Positions 39,793 to 51,679 of a stretch of DNA of 64,000 nucleotides are shown here, piece after piece. Position 1 is the first letter of the stretch; every line of letters starts with the position of its first letter. Position numbers and translations under genes: made by a program. The stretch is from Octopus vulgaris (Eukaryota): NCBI GenBank assembly GCA_951406725.2, contig OX597818.1, positions 24,986,001 through 25,050,000 on the forward strand, given 5' to 3'. The notes under the pieces are model-generated. The model was not told the DNA's origin, did not search any database, and worked only from the letters and a program-made list of their open reading frames with translations.

Positions 39793-41050
39793 CACAAACA
39801 AAATAATGTTCTGGTTTCATATAAACTACACAATCATATTAACGTTATTATTAGGTATGCTATGGATTTCTGTGGAATTGGTATGGATGTTGCACCAATG
39901 AACTATGCTAATCTTATTAATTAATTTCTTATTCCCAAATTTTGTCATCCCGAAGGTAATCCCTAATCCCCATTTCATTTAAATAGTGTTAAGATGGCTA
40001 CTGTCAAAGAACTATTCACCTCGTGTATCGCAAGTGAAATTGCGAAAATAATTCATCGCTTATCATCATTTTCTGTGTACGTGGGTTGTTGCTTCGATCA
40101 CATGTTACAGTGTTAAAAACGAAAGCACTCAATAATTCAAATATTCATGTATGACCCAAAGTATTATAATTCCATTTGCAAGAGTGGTATACTGGTAGAA
40201 ACATTAGTGTGTCGCACAAAATGTCTCTTGACATTTCTTCCGACTTTTCACACATCTGAGTTCAAATCTCACTTTAGTCAATTTTGCCTTTCACTCTTTC
40301 GACGTCTACCACTCTTATTCGACTAATCCCCACGCCATCTTCAAGTCCTGTGCAACAGCTGTTTGCCCATTCACATTTAGGGGCTTAATTTAACCCCCTT
40401 TTTGTGTGTGTGTGTGTGTTCACTCTTTAGATTAGGTCTACTTGGGAGAGATCAGTCGTATACTCTGAATTTGCAGTTTTTTTTTTTTAGCTGCATACTG
40501 CCATTAGCTAGTATTTTGTTGCAACGTTATTTGCTGCCTTCAGTTGCGTTGCTGCAAAAGTATTATGTTCGTTGCATACTTTCGAATTTTTATGACGTGA
40601 AATAGAATATACAGCAGATTTTATCTTCTTTCTTTTACTTTTTACTCATTAGATTACGGTCATACTGAGGCACCACCTTGAAGGTGTCGTCAAACAAGTC
40701 GACCCCTGTACTTATTTTGTAAGTTTGGTACTTGTTCTGTCGTTCTCTTTTTGCTGACTGTAAACGAATCAACATTGGTTGTCAAGCTATGATGGGGGAT
40801 AAACACAAACACATAGAGTCTAATGAGCTGTCCACAAAACTGCGGCTTTCGAGGATGCGAAACCATTGGTCATTCAATGGCCAGACTTGAACTTCAGTGC
40901 TTTTAGAGAGCAGTCGCCATATTCCCTTGCATATCGGCTACGTTTGATAAGCGTAATTATATAACTGGATTGTTACTTAACAATCCAATTGGTAAGACCA
41001 GCCATGATGGATACTTAATACTATAAAATCTGGATAATATATAGATATAT

Positions 41051-41261
41051 AAAGGCGGTGAGCTGGAAGAGACGTTAGCACGCCGGGCGAAATGTCTAGC
41101 GGTATTTCGTCTGTCTTTACGTTCTGAGTTCAAATTCCGCCGAGGTAGACTTTGCCTTTCATGCTTTCTGGGTCGATAAATTAAGTACCAACTACGATCG
41201 ATTTAATCGACTGGCTTACTCTCCAAAAATTTCGGGGCTTGTGCCTAGAGTAAAAAAGAAT
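41051..41261 (+). mobile_element. SINE family B, CpG-intact copy
   Basis: AAGGCGGTGAGCTGG..GAGTTCAAATTCCGCCGAGG..GGGTCGATAAATTAAGTACC..; nearly identical to 42151-42367. Confidence 0.9.
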
Positions 41262-41269
41262 ATATATAT

Positions 41270-41429
41270 ATGACGGGCTTCTTTCCGTTTCCGTCTACCG
41301 TATCCACTCACAAGGCTTTGCCCGGGGCGATAGTAGGAGACACTTGCCTAAAGTGTCACACATTAAAACTGTTCCCGGAGCCACGTGGTTGGGAAGCAAA
41401 CTTCTAACGACACAGCCACGCCTGCGCCT
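41270..41429 (-). mobile_element. SINE family C head
   Basis: Reverse complement of the 49868-50000 head. Confidence 0.8.
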
Positions 41430-41599
41430 ATTTTGAATACATTATTAATCTTCATCATTTCTTAATTCAAGGGCATCAAAAGACGTAAGTTCATTTCTGA
41501 ATATTGATTGTTTCGATAACTATATTATAGTATAGTTAGAGTTGTGGGTTGATATATGTGGCATTAATGTACTAAATCAGACACATTTTGCAACAGTTG

Positions 41600-42136
41600 A
41601 CTATTAGTAGGGATTGCCGTAGTCACGTGACTTGTTTGTTTCTGTAGCAACGCAAATTTTGAGGTGGTAACGGTTTGTATGACGGAAATTACCGGGAAGA
41701 AAATGACAGAACATAACATCAGTGCAAAATAATGTGGATGGGATACTTTATCTGAATTGAGAAGAGCTAGAGTTCAGATAGTTTGAGCGAAGAAATGAGT
41801 AAAGCATTTCGATGACAACTATTTTCTGTCACGAATAAGTTATGAGTCCTAATGTTAGTTGAAGTTCTAAAGAAAATCAAGGCCACGCTGTTCTTGGTAA
41901 CTGGAAGATATGTTTGTTGTGAAAGTTCCAGATAGTTGTTTAATCAGTTTAAAAGAAACATATCATAGGCAGCCATAGTGTGTGTGATACCGGAAGAAGA
42001 TGTAAGGGACATAACTACTTTTATAGACATGCAGTTCGTCTTATTTCCTTAATTGGATTAACATCATGTTGACCTTGACCTTGTTTACAGAACGGAAGTG
42101 ACGTAGCAGCAGCGCTTGGAAGTATTTTAGCAGCCG
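41600..42136 (+). promoter_or_regulatory. Candidate promoter
   Basis: Unique CpG-retaining sequence with AGTCACGTGACT palindrome (41621-41632), X-box-like GTTTCTGTAGCAAC (41638-41651), ETS CCGGAAG (41990), TGACCTTGACCTTG (42070-42083), TTGTTTAC (42081-42088) and ETS-CRE CGGAAGTGACGT (42093-42104). Confidence 0.55.
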
Positions 42137-42150
42137 GTATAAATATATAT

Positions 42151-42367
42151 TAAGGCGGCGAGCTGGCAGAAACGTTAGCACACCGGGCGAAATGCTTAGC
42201 GATGTTTCGTCTGTCTTTACGTTCTGAGTTCAAATTCCGCCGAGGTCGACTCTGCCGTTCATCCTTTCAGGGTCGATAAATTAAGTACCAGTTGCGTACT
42301 GATTTCGATCTAATCGACTGGCTTACTCACCAAAAGTTTCGGGTCTTGTGCCTAGAATAAAAGCGGA
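42151..42367 (+). mobile_element. SINE family B with 13 bp TSD
   Basis: TATAAATATATAT at 42138-42150 and 42368-42380. Confidence 0.9.
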
Positions 42368-42384
42368 TATAAATATATATATTT

Positions 42385-42900
42385 CGGTCCTTGTGTAAGT
42401 CATTTCACTGCAGTTATGTTGGGGCACCGCCTTGAAAATTTTTTGTCGAGCGACTTGACCTTAGTCCTTTTATTAAAGTCTAGTACTTTGTCGTTCTTAT
42501 TTGCCAAACTGCTAAGTTACAGAGACGTAAACACACCAATACTGGTTCTCAATCAGTGGTGGGATACACGTGTGTGTGTGTATGTGTATACGATGGGCTT
42601 CTTTCTGTTTCCGACTACCATATTCATTCACAGGCTTCTTTCTGTTTCCGACTACCATATTCATTAGTTGGCCAGAAGCTATAGTAAAACATACTTGCCC
42701 AAGGAACCTCGTTGTGGGACTAAACCTCGAACCACTTGCTTGGGAAGCATACAGTCTTTGGGCTGCGTGCATACTGGGTGATCGCCTTGAAGGGTTTCAA
42801 TTGAACGAATCCACCCCCAAATTCTTTTTAAAGTTTGGTAATTATACTATCAGTCTCTTATACTGAACTGCTAAGTTACGGGGACAGACACACACGTGTG
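42385..42900 (-). mobile_element. Cluster of SINE family C copies
   Basis: Reverse-complement similarity to 49868-50232; includes a 37 bp internal tandem duplication at 42595-42663. Confidence 0.7.
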
Positions 42901-42915
42901 TGTGTATGTATGTAT

Positions 42916-42958
<43 letters not shown>

Positions 42959-43130
42959 GAAAACGGTATAGACGATTTGTTTTGGAGTCTAATAATACCA
43001 TGTACGCCTATGAAGATTTACAAACATACTTTCACAGTGATACTCGGTTTACCTACCATTATAAACAATACCAAATGTTTTTTCTCAAACCTTTCATAAT
43101 GTGATACAAGTCTTTGGTGTAGCAATTGCA

Positions 43131-43225
43131 TGCGGCTGAAGAGGGCTTTTGAACTATCTGTTATGTCGATTATGCATTGATGTAAGAATAAGTTGTTCTA
43201 TAAAGCTCGAAACATATGTACTGCA
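43131..43225 (+). ncRNA. Type I minimal hammerhead ribozyme (Penelope-type)
   Basis: Stem I UGCGG/CUGCA; core CUGAAGA (43136-43142); long stem II starting GGGCUUU/AAAGCUC; GAAA (43209-43212); palindromic stem III ACAUAUGU; GUA cleavage triplet (43218-43220). Confidence 0.8.
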
Positions 43226-43262
43226 ACATCCTTTGTGTCCTGTTTTTCATTTATTTCATTTG

Positions 43263-43298
<36 letters not shown>

Positions 43299-44994
43299 TA
43301 TAACTTATAAAACTAACAGTCACCTACTTGTTTTTATTGTATGAGGTGTAGGCTGGGTTGCACTGAACTTGAATGAGAGGAGTAAGATAGAAGTTAAGTT
43401 AAAGAATCTAAATTTGTAAATTTCCATGCAGTGGGTGAGGCTTGGATCTATTCCATCACATGCACGGATTTTTTAATTAATTGTTTTTTAACTAAACACT
43501 TTGAAACTTCGGATACTGGTAGAATGTGTCACGATAGATCTTGGGGCTTGGTGAAAGATTACTGTTATGTTGGATACATACATACTGAAATACATAGAAA
43601 CATGCATGCACATACACACATACTAATACATATATATATGTGTGTGTAACTTTTAGAATGCTGATGAAGCAAAAGGGAGATGGGTGTGAGGAACATGTAG
43701 GTTTAAGGACATAGGTGGTTGTTAAGTTGACAACAGTTGTTCACATGCACATCTTAAATATAATAAAATGCAATGTGCCTCTCATAACTGTAATGAGCAA
43801 GTGGGCTATTTTTGAAGAGTAAGAAGGAATAATATTGATGTGACCTGGGCAGCTGAGTGGAGTGGGAAAGGGTTGGTAACAGATAAAAGTAAGTGTGAAG
43901 TGGTAGTGAGATGCATACTTCTGCTCATGACACACGCAATTTCGTACGTACATAACAGATCGTTATATCTCTCTTTCCAGCTCCTATTTCTCACTTATTC
44001 TCTCTCTCTTTCTACTCATACACTCGCAAGCCCAAATCACAGCAGATGAAGACTAAAGAAAATGTTTATATGTGTGATGTATATACAATCATGTCTAATG
44101 AAAAATCCTTGATGAAGTTACTCGATCCGCTAGAAATAACCAAACCTCCCTCAATGTCACAGACTGCCATCTTCAGAAATCGAAAGACACATTGAATAGA
44201 TATTTTAGATCATGTTTGCTGTGGAGCTAAACAGCATGTACATACATATATTTATGGCATTAGATACATACAAACACATATATTTACAATTAACTCTCTC
44301 TCTCTCTTTATCTATCTATCACAAGTTTCTATTTTCCTGTTTGTGACTTATTGTTTTTTATTCTATATTTCCTCCTTCTCTCTCTTTGTCTTTCATCTTT
44401 CATATCACTTACTCACTCACACATACACACACTCTCTCTTTCACCCACCTCATATACTCACAAAAGACAGAGTTTAAACCAAAATTATCCAGTAACAACT
44501 GAAGTATTCTCTTTTTTTATTTTGCATTTATAAGCGGGCGTAAAGTATTTATCATCTGCTAATTGTTTAGAGTCTCATCACTCTTGTTTCACAAAGAAAA
44601 TGTCTAAAGTCAACATTGAAGGTGAAGTACCTTCAAGTCATTGATAGAAATATTCATTTTTTTTTTACTACTTATAAAATTATACTCAGCCAATCATCTA
44701 TCGTGAAGTTAGAATGATTTCTGAACTGGAAATTGATATCGTTTGGACTCTTATCAGTTTTCGGTGTTATAATCATCGGTTGCCATTCTCTTCTCGAAGA
44801 AGCTATTTAAACTTTGAACAAAAAGTAAAGCACCTTTTTAAATTCATTGAAAGAATATTGAACAAAACATCAACTTATCTCCTTTATAAAGTCATAGGTG
44901 ATAACTGCATTTTCTAAACTGTCACTCTTGCTCAAAACAGCTGTTATTTTTACTGGTTGATTTATGGGAGAGATGCAATTATACACAAAATACC

Positions 44995-45156
44995 TATTTC
45001 TTTATTACCCACAAGGGGCTAAACATAGAGGGTACAAACAAGGACAGACAAAGGTATTAAGTTGGTTACATCGACCCCAGTGCATAACAGGTACTTAATT
45101 TATCGACCCCAAAAGGATGAAAGGCAAAGTTGATCTCAGTGGAATTTAAACTCAGA
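44995..45156 (-). mobile_element. 5'-truncated SINE family B variant with 18 bp TSD
   Basis: AATTATACACAA(A/T)ATACC at 44977-44994 and 45157-45174. Confidence 0.85.
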
Positions 45157-45736
45157 AATTATACACAATATACCCTTGATTCTCTGTCTGTTTCTGAAAT
45201 GCCTTTCATATTCAAATAAGCTACAGTTCTCAGTAATATTCAGCTATGTCTTTAAATGAATATCAGGAACAAGCTTTGTCTGTTTATATATATATAAAGA
45301 TTTGGTGATACAAACATAAGTTTGTCAGATGGGAGTGAGGCAAAATTAGCAACCTGGTTAAAATTAGTAATTTCTGATTTCTCGTTATTTTCTCCCTACC
45401 CATTCGAAATCATTACATTGCTAGTATTGCATCATCTTTCAGAGTAAAAAATGGTCAGCATAGTTGTTGAAGTTGAGAAAGTTTGAAACAGTCAGGTGAC
45501 ATGTACTCTTTATTATTATTATTTAGTTTTTTTTTTCAAGAAATATTTCCTCAACATTGATCTGATTGTAGTTGAGGTTACTAGTAAAATATCTGGATAA
45601 TTTTTGGTTTTTAACATTCAGTATTCTTTTCTCTGTTGGATACTAAGTCAATCTTTTCCCAGACTAATGACTGATAATTTTCAATTTTCAAAAAATAATG
45701 TTTAAAGTGGAGTAAAATAAGTAAAGGCTAATTTTT

Positions 45737-45898
45737 AAGGCGGCAAGATGGCAGAACCGCTGGTATGCCAGGCAAAATGCTTAGCAACATTTCATCCTTT
45801 CGGGGTCGATTGAATAAGTACCAGTCAAACACTGGGGTCAGTGTAATCAACTAACCTCCACCCCCAACATTACTGGCCTTGTACTGAAATTTGAAATT
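45737..45898 (+). mobile_element. SINE family B, internally deleted
   Basis: Head AAGGCGGCAAGATGGCAGAA joined to 'catcctttcggggtcgat..aagtaccag'. Confidence 0.8.
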
Positions 45899-46499
45899 AA
45901 TAATTTCTTCTCTTTAGTTGCATGCTGCGAAAATATATCATGAAGAAGCCGTAGAGAATCTTTTATGTTTTTTTAATTTGGTCAAGTTTTGTTAATTTCA
46001 TATCATGTGTCATTTTTCCATGATCCTCTTTCATCTGACCTAGATATTAAAAACCACAACTTAATTGAAAATAGAATTTACAAATTGAATTGTTCAATCA
46101 GTTTCCAAGTTCTTGTTGATCTTCATCGTGATACACATTCTGGATTTCATCAAAGGATTAGGATTGTTGAATGCAGACATAGTTATAGTGATAGGAATAA
46201 AATAACCTTGATCTTATTTTGTGACTTTGTTGAACCAGAGCTTGTTATTTATTGCTTCAGTTTGGACTAGCCCTATGTTCTAACTTGCATGATTTGACGT
46301 TTGTCATGTCAGAGAACTAGTTCTCTTGTAGAAAGAAGAACTCTTTGTGAAGTGCCACATTGACCCAGTATTTAGTAATGGCTGTACAGCATGTAGAGCA
46401 TCCCTCAACATGGTGTCCTGTCATGAAATGTTTAATATTTTCCATTTTTAAAAGCTAAGTTTACATGGTTCTGAATACCTTTCTTATTATGAATTTTCT

Positions 46500-46648
46500 G
46501 TGGTTGGCGTTAGGAAGGCCATCCAGCTGTATAAATTTTGCCAGATTAGATTGGAGCCTGGTGCAGCCTTCTGGCTCACCAGTCCTCAGTCAAACCATCC
46601 AACCCATGCCAACATGGAAAGCGGACGTTAAACGATGACGATGATGAT
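46500..46648 (+). mobile_element. SINE 3' part with RTE-like tail
   Basis: Homologous to 37089-37240. Confidence 0.8.
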
Positions 46649-48482
46649 TATATGAGGTCGTATGAGTAGGGATTATGTTGGTTTGTTAAAATCCTATGAC
46701 TTTTAGGAACTACATCAGCTTCATTGACATGAAGGAGGCTTCCTCTGTCTGAATAAATAAATGATAGCATTCTAAAAATAGAGATGAATTAGACATCTTC
46801 TAACAAGTTGTGGCATAGGTTGACAAACAGAAATATAAATAAAAAGTAACCAATTATAATTACACAATGCACACTCACTGTACTTCTTTGACATATAATA
46901 CAAAGTTATGTACATCTATTAGGTGGAGCATTCTTCTTATATCAGAACATACTAAGAAATTATGTAGTAATTCTAAATTCATTGATGTTGAAGTAGTAGT
47001 GCCATTGTGAGACAGACTGATCAGTTAAAAATTCTCCAAGCCCCTAGCTTGTTAAGACTTGTTTAAGGACATTGATAAAAATGACACTAGACTACCACAT
47101 TTTGATAATGTAACAGCAATAGTTTTATCAGTAGCATTTACTTCAACTGTAAATAGGAAATAATTGTTGATAGCAGCTACAGCTGCCTGGTTATATGACT
47201 TTTATAGAATTTATACTTTTAGAATTATAAAATTTTCAGACAGATACATATTTTGAACTAACTAATAGCCTGAGTTTTAAAAAGGAAGAAGGCATCAAAT
47301 TTATTTTTATTATTCTATCCATTTTGTTTCAGTAATTGATAACTTCTAAATTGAATAAACTGTTGTGAAACAGAAAGTTCAAATAATACTCTTTAATCAA
47401 TTTAAAAGAGATCTATATTACTGGTAGCTATAGCCTGTGTTTCCAAAAGATTTAAGGAACACAACTGCTTTTATAAGTAAGCAACTCTTCCCAGGGTTCA
47501 TTGTGATATGTGGAAGTGACTAAACTTTACTAAGTCGATGGGTGTGTACAATGTACTGAAATTTGTGTATTCAATAATTGTGGCTATGACAAACCAAGCA
47601 GAGTTTATGTTGCAAAAAGCAAAGCAAATATGTAAAAATGTGTGCAACCCACCATAGGAAATTTTATTAGTAAAATAAACAATTATTGATATAAATGAAA
47701 GGGTGACAGCTTTTTGTAAAACCATTGGACTTGTTCCTTTAAGTTGTATAAATGTATACAACTTTACTAATAATGTAAATAATCTGTTGTAAAATGCGGT
47801 GATACATTAAATTGAGATTCTAAATTATTCAAACCCAATTGTTAAGAAAGGAACTGCCTGACATTTTTTTATGCCAGTAATGGTTTTTGATTTAGGCATA
47901 AGATCAACAGTTTTGAGGAGACTTAGTTGGTACCACCAACCCCAGTACTAGTGTGGTACTTTACTTTATTGAGCTTGGTGGGATGAAAGTTGACATTGGT
48001 AGGATTTGAAATCAGAAAATAAAGAACCAAAAGAATTACTATCAGAATTACTACTTCCCCTCTCAGTTATTCTTTGTTAACAATAGCATGTAAAAGATGT
48101 AGTTTTGAATTGATTGGGGATATTCAAGTCCTCTATACATCTAAAGAAAGCAATAAGAAATTATTCTAGAGTCCTTAAACCTCATGGTCATTGGACCATC
48201 TTGTTAATAGATTTGGGTTTTGTTGCTGGCTATGAACTACATGTGAAAGCTAGTGCACAGCAGTATATGCTCTGTTGTATCCACTATACTTGAATATTTA
48301 CTGCCAGATATATTTTGCTTTCATGCAAAGATGGCACAATGATGTTAATTAAATGAGTTATCAACTCATTACTCTTTGTCTGAAAGTTTTAAACTTATCA
48401 TTTCTGCCATTGAAACTCTTCAATTATTTCATAATTCATTTAACTACTAGATATGATAATTTATGAATTAAAAATTATTTAA

Positions 48483-48693
48483 CCCTTTAGCATTTAATCC
48501 AGCCATATCCAGTCCAAAATATTCTGTTTTATGTTAAAACTGACCAGATCCAACCTCTCACACCTACCCTACAATGTCATTCTAAAAGTATACAAACAAC
48601 ACCATCAAAATATTGATGCTACAAGATAATGAATGCAAAATAATGTAAATAAATAAGCAATACATTTGACAAAGAAATCTGAATGCTAAATGT
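48483..48693. mobile_element. piggyBac-type MITE
   Basis: TTAA|CCCTTTAGCATT ... AATGCTAAATGT|TCAA, i.e. imperfect TIRs with a TTAA-like target site. Confidence 0.6.
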
Positions 48694-48903
48694 TCAAATG
48701 AAATTGCATCTAAAACTTCTTATTTTGGTACCATATTACTTTGTTGCTAGAAAAATCTACTGGTTATTGTTTAAATTATTCAGTTCCCGGAATAATTTAA
48801 AACTTAATTATTATTTACCATTTATAATTTTTGATTAGATGTAAAACATTTTCTGTTACTATATTTTGAGATTTATTTTTTATTCTTTTTTTCTCTTTTA
48901 CAG

Positions 48904-49032
48904 AGATACCTTGGTGACTTCTGCTTTTCATGTGTATGATTCACCAACAATGTGGTACTTTTTCACTTCTATTTACAAAGCATTTTACTGAAACAAGTGA
49001 AGAAAATAGTTGTCCCTCAATCTTAATATATG
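48904..49032 (+). other. Candidate internal exon (UTR, lncRNA or small ORF start)
   Basis: Long polypyrimidine tract plus TACAG acceptor at 48903 and G|GTGAGT donor at 49033; stops in all three frames unless translation starts at ATG 48930. Confidence 0.5.
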
Positions 49033-49867
49033 GTGAGTTTGCTTGAGTTTATTATAAATTAAGAAGTGGGATTTAAATGCTCTTCTACCTTCCAAAAAAA
49101 AAAACGCATTTAAATTAGTAATTTCATATTTTTGCTCTAGTTCTGTAATATAGTATATTTTTATATATATTACATTATAATAATTACATTATTGACTTCT
49201 AGTATGTATTTCCTCATGCTGCAATTCTGTTATAAGTAAAATGTTAACTAATATATAACAGGTGATGGGAATATACTTTTGCCATTGTTGCTATATAAAT
49301 ACAATAACCATAATTTTACATATTTAAAATTTCATTGTGCCTATAAAATAAGGAGATGAATAAAAAATGTTATCAATAACAATAATACTGTTTAGCCATC
49401 AATTCATTGCAGCTGTATTTCTACCTCATATTAACAGTAGCAAAATTATATTTTTAACGTTGTTAATATATAGTAACAAGGGAGATAAATCCAATAAAAT
49501 CAGAGTGGTCTCCCTTGTATGGTACGACTGAAGAGAAACGGAAATTCTGCCAATTATATTAATAGATTATCATCACCATAATTATTTTAGCGTCCCCTTT
49601 TTACATACTGACACAAGTTGGGCAGGTCTACTCTATTGTATATCACTAATTGACTTGATTTTTCATCATCTTATTTGTTAGACCCACCATCCTGCTAGCT
49701 AACCCCACAACTTCTCACATTTTCTATAGTTATCATACAACACTTTGCAGTCATTGTCCATTTATATCATGTTCATATTAGCACAGTTGTCTCTTTCGCA
49801 TTAATTGATTGGTGCTTTTAATGCCTAGCTACTTTTTTGGTGCACTTGTACAAATTACATATACAAT

Positions 49868-50232
49868 AGGCACAGGAGTGGCTGTGTGGTAAGTAGCTTG
49901 CTAACCAACCACATGGTTCAGGATTCAGTCCCACTGCGTGGCATCTTGGGCAAGTGTCTTGTGAGTGGATTTGGTAGACGGAAACTGAAAGAAGCATGTC
50001 GTATATATATGTATATATATATATGTTTGTGTGTCTGTGTTTATCCCTCTAGCATTGCTTGACAACCGATGCTGGTGTGTTTACGTCCCCGTCACTTAGC
50101 GGTTCGGCAAAAGAGACCGATAGAATAAGTACTGGGCTTACAAAGAATGAGTCCCGGGGTTGATTTGCTCGACTGAAGGTGGTGCTCCAGCATGGCCACA
50201 GTCAAATGACTGAAACAAGTAAAAGAGTAAAG
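49868..50232 (+). mobile_element. tRNA-derived SINE family C, near full length
   Basis: Head TGGCTGTGTGG (A box) and GATTCAGTCCC (B-box-like); internal (TA/TG)n; tail 'tgactgaaacaagtaaaagagtaaag'. Confidence 0.85.
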
Positions 50233-50848
50233 AGAGTAAGTGAACTAACAGGATTATGTATGAGGGTGTGATGATGTATGGTGATGGGACAGGGATGTTG
50301 AATAGAGAACTGTTGTGGGATTGAAATGAGTTGATGATCATCTGTGGTATGTGTAATGCGAATTTGATTGAAACATGGAGTACTATTGAGCTGAAAGAGA
50401 ACAGTGTTGGAGATGTGATTCAAATTGATAGTATCTCACAAGTTAAAAAGTGGCATGTGCTAGCAGTAGAAGGCACCTTCAGCAAAGAAAATCAGAGAGA
50501 AAGTGGAAAGATTACATCTGAATATATTGGGTATTAATTTTGAGACAAGAGGAATATTAATATGCCACATTGCAAACCCATCCAGTGTCTGGAAAGCTGG
50601 ATATTAGAAACCTGATGCATATCTACAAAGTACCTCTGTTATTATTATTGCACCTTTACCTGATATCTTACTAAAGGTGCCATTGCAATAAAATCTTGAT
50701 TTAAATTATCAAAATTTACTTTGAGTAGTTTTTTTTTAATTGTAAATTGGCAAAATGTAGTCAGAAAATCCAAGGACTGGAATGATTTTTACAATTTACA
50801 ACTTTTACCAATTTATCTAATATACTTCTTATTTTATTTTATTATCAG

Positions 50849-50937
50849 ATTCAATTATACCACCTGATTTTTCTGATCAAAGAAAGAAACAAATGTTGAG
50901 CAAAGTAATGACTTTCAAATACAGAAGAAAATCATAA
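50849..50937 (+). other. Candidate downstream or terminal exon
   Basis: T-rich tract plus TCAG acceptor at 50848; in phase with the 48930 ATG frame, ending at TAA 50935-50937. Confidence 0.35.
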
Positions 50938-51679
50938 GAAAATGAATCATTTTGGAGAGTGTTTGGAAAGATCCTATAGGCAACATAATTTGGGGGTATC
51001 TCTGGATTGTGATTTTTCAATTCTTATTCTTGAAAGGAACTTGAAAAAAAGAATTCAGTTATTTACCCTTCTCTGTGTGTTGTTAAAAGATGAGTTTTCA
51101 TATGAACACAAAATGTATTAACATTTTATTGCAATTCTTTTATTTTGCTCCTTTACTTTTAATGTATTCTTTCACAAAAACAGCATAGAACTGTATTGTG
51201 CATTTGAGGTCAACATGTTTCCCATAAATATAGGAATAAGTGAGAGTGCTGATAGTTTTTCAGTTTCAGGTTTGAGGCCAGATATTATTAAGCAATTGAA
51301 AGAGATTCAGTTCATCAGTTTAAAAGACTCTTCTGCTACCTGTCCTTACCATTATTTCATCGGTTCTAATTCTCTGAAATGCATTTGATTAGTACAGCTT
51401 TTAATCATTATCAAAAGGTTTGTATGTTATGTGTATTTAAACTGGATCAACCCTTCATGGAATACAACTCTCTTTCTTCTCTAAATATGACTATATAGCT
51501 TATGTATCTGAAATGTATGTGTTTTTTAAGCAACTATTTCAGAGGCCAACAGTCAATATAGGGAAATTTTTGGTTATCTTTATTTCCCTTTGATTTCTGC
51601 CTAGTGTGTTCTGTCAATTTATAAATAATAATTCATTATTAGCAATGTAAGCAACATTGGTTCAAAATAGCATTCTGTA

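Noticed and set aside
39624-39806. ORF MDEYFDDKSYHNGLWMSYF..
   Set aside because: No recognisable homology; built from a ~41 bp local duplication and runs into (TA)n.
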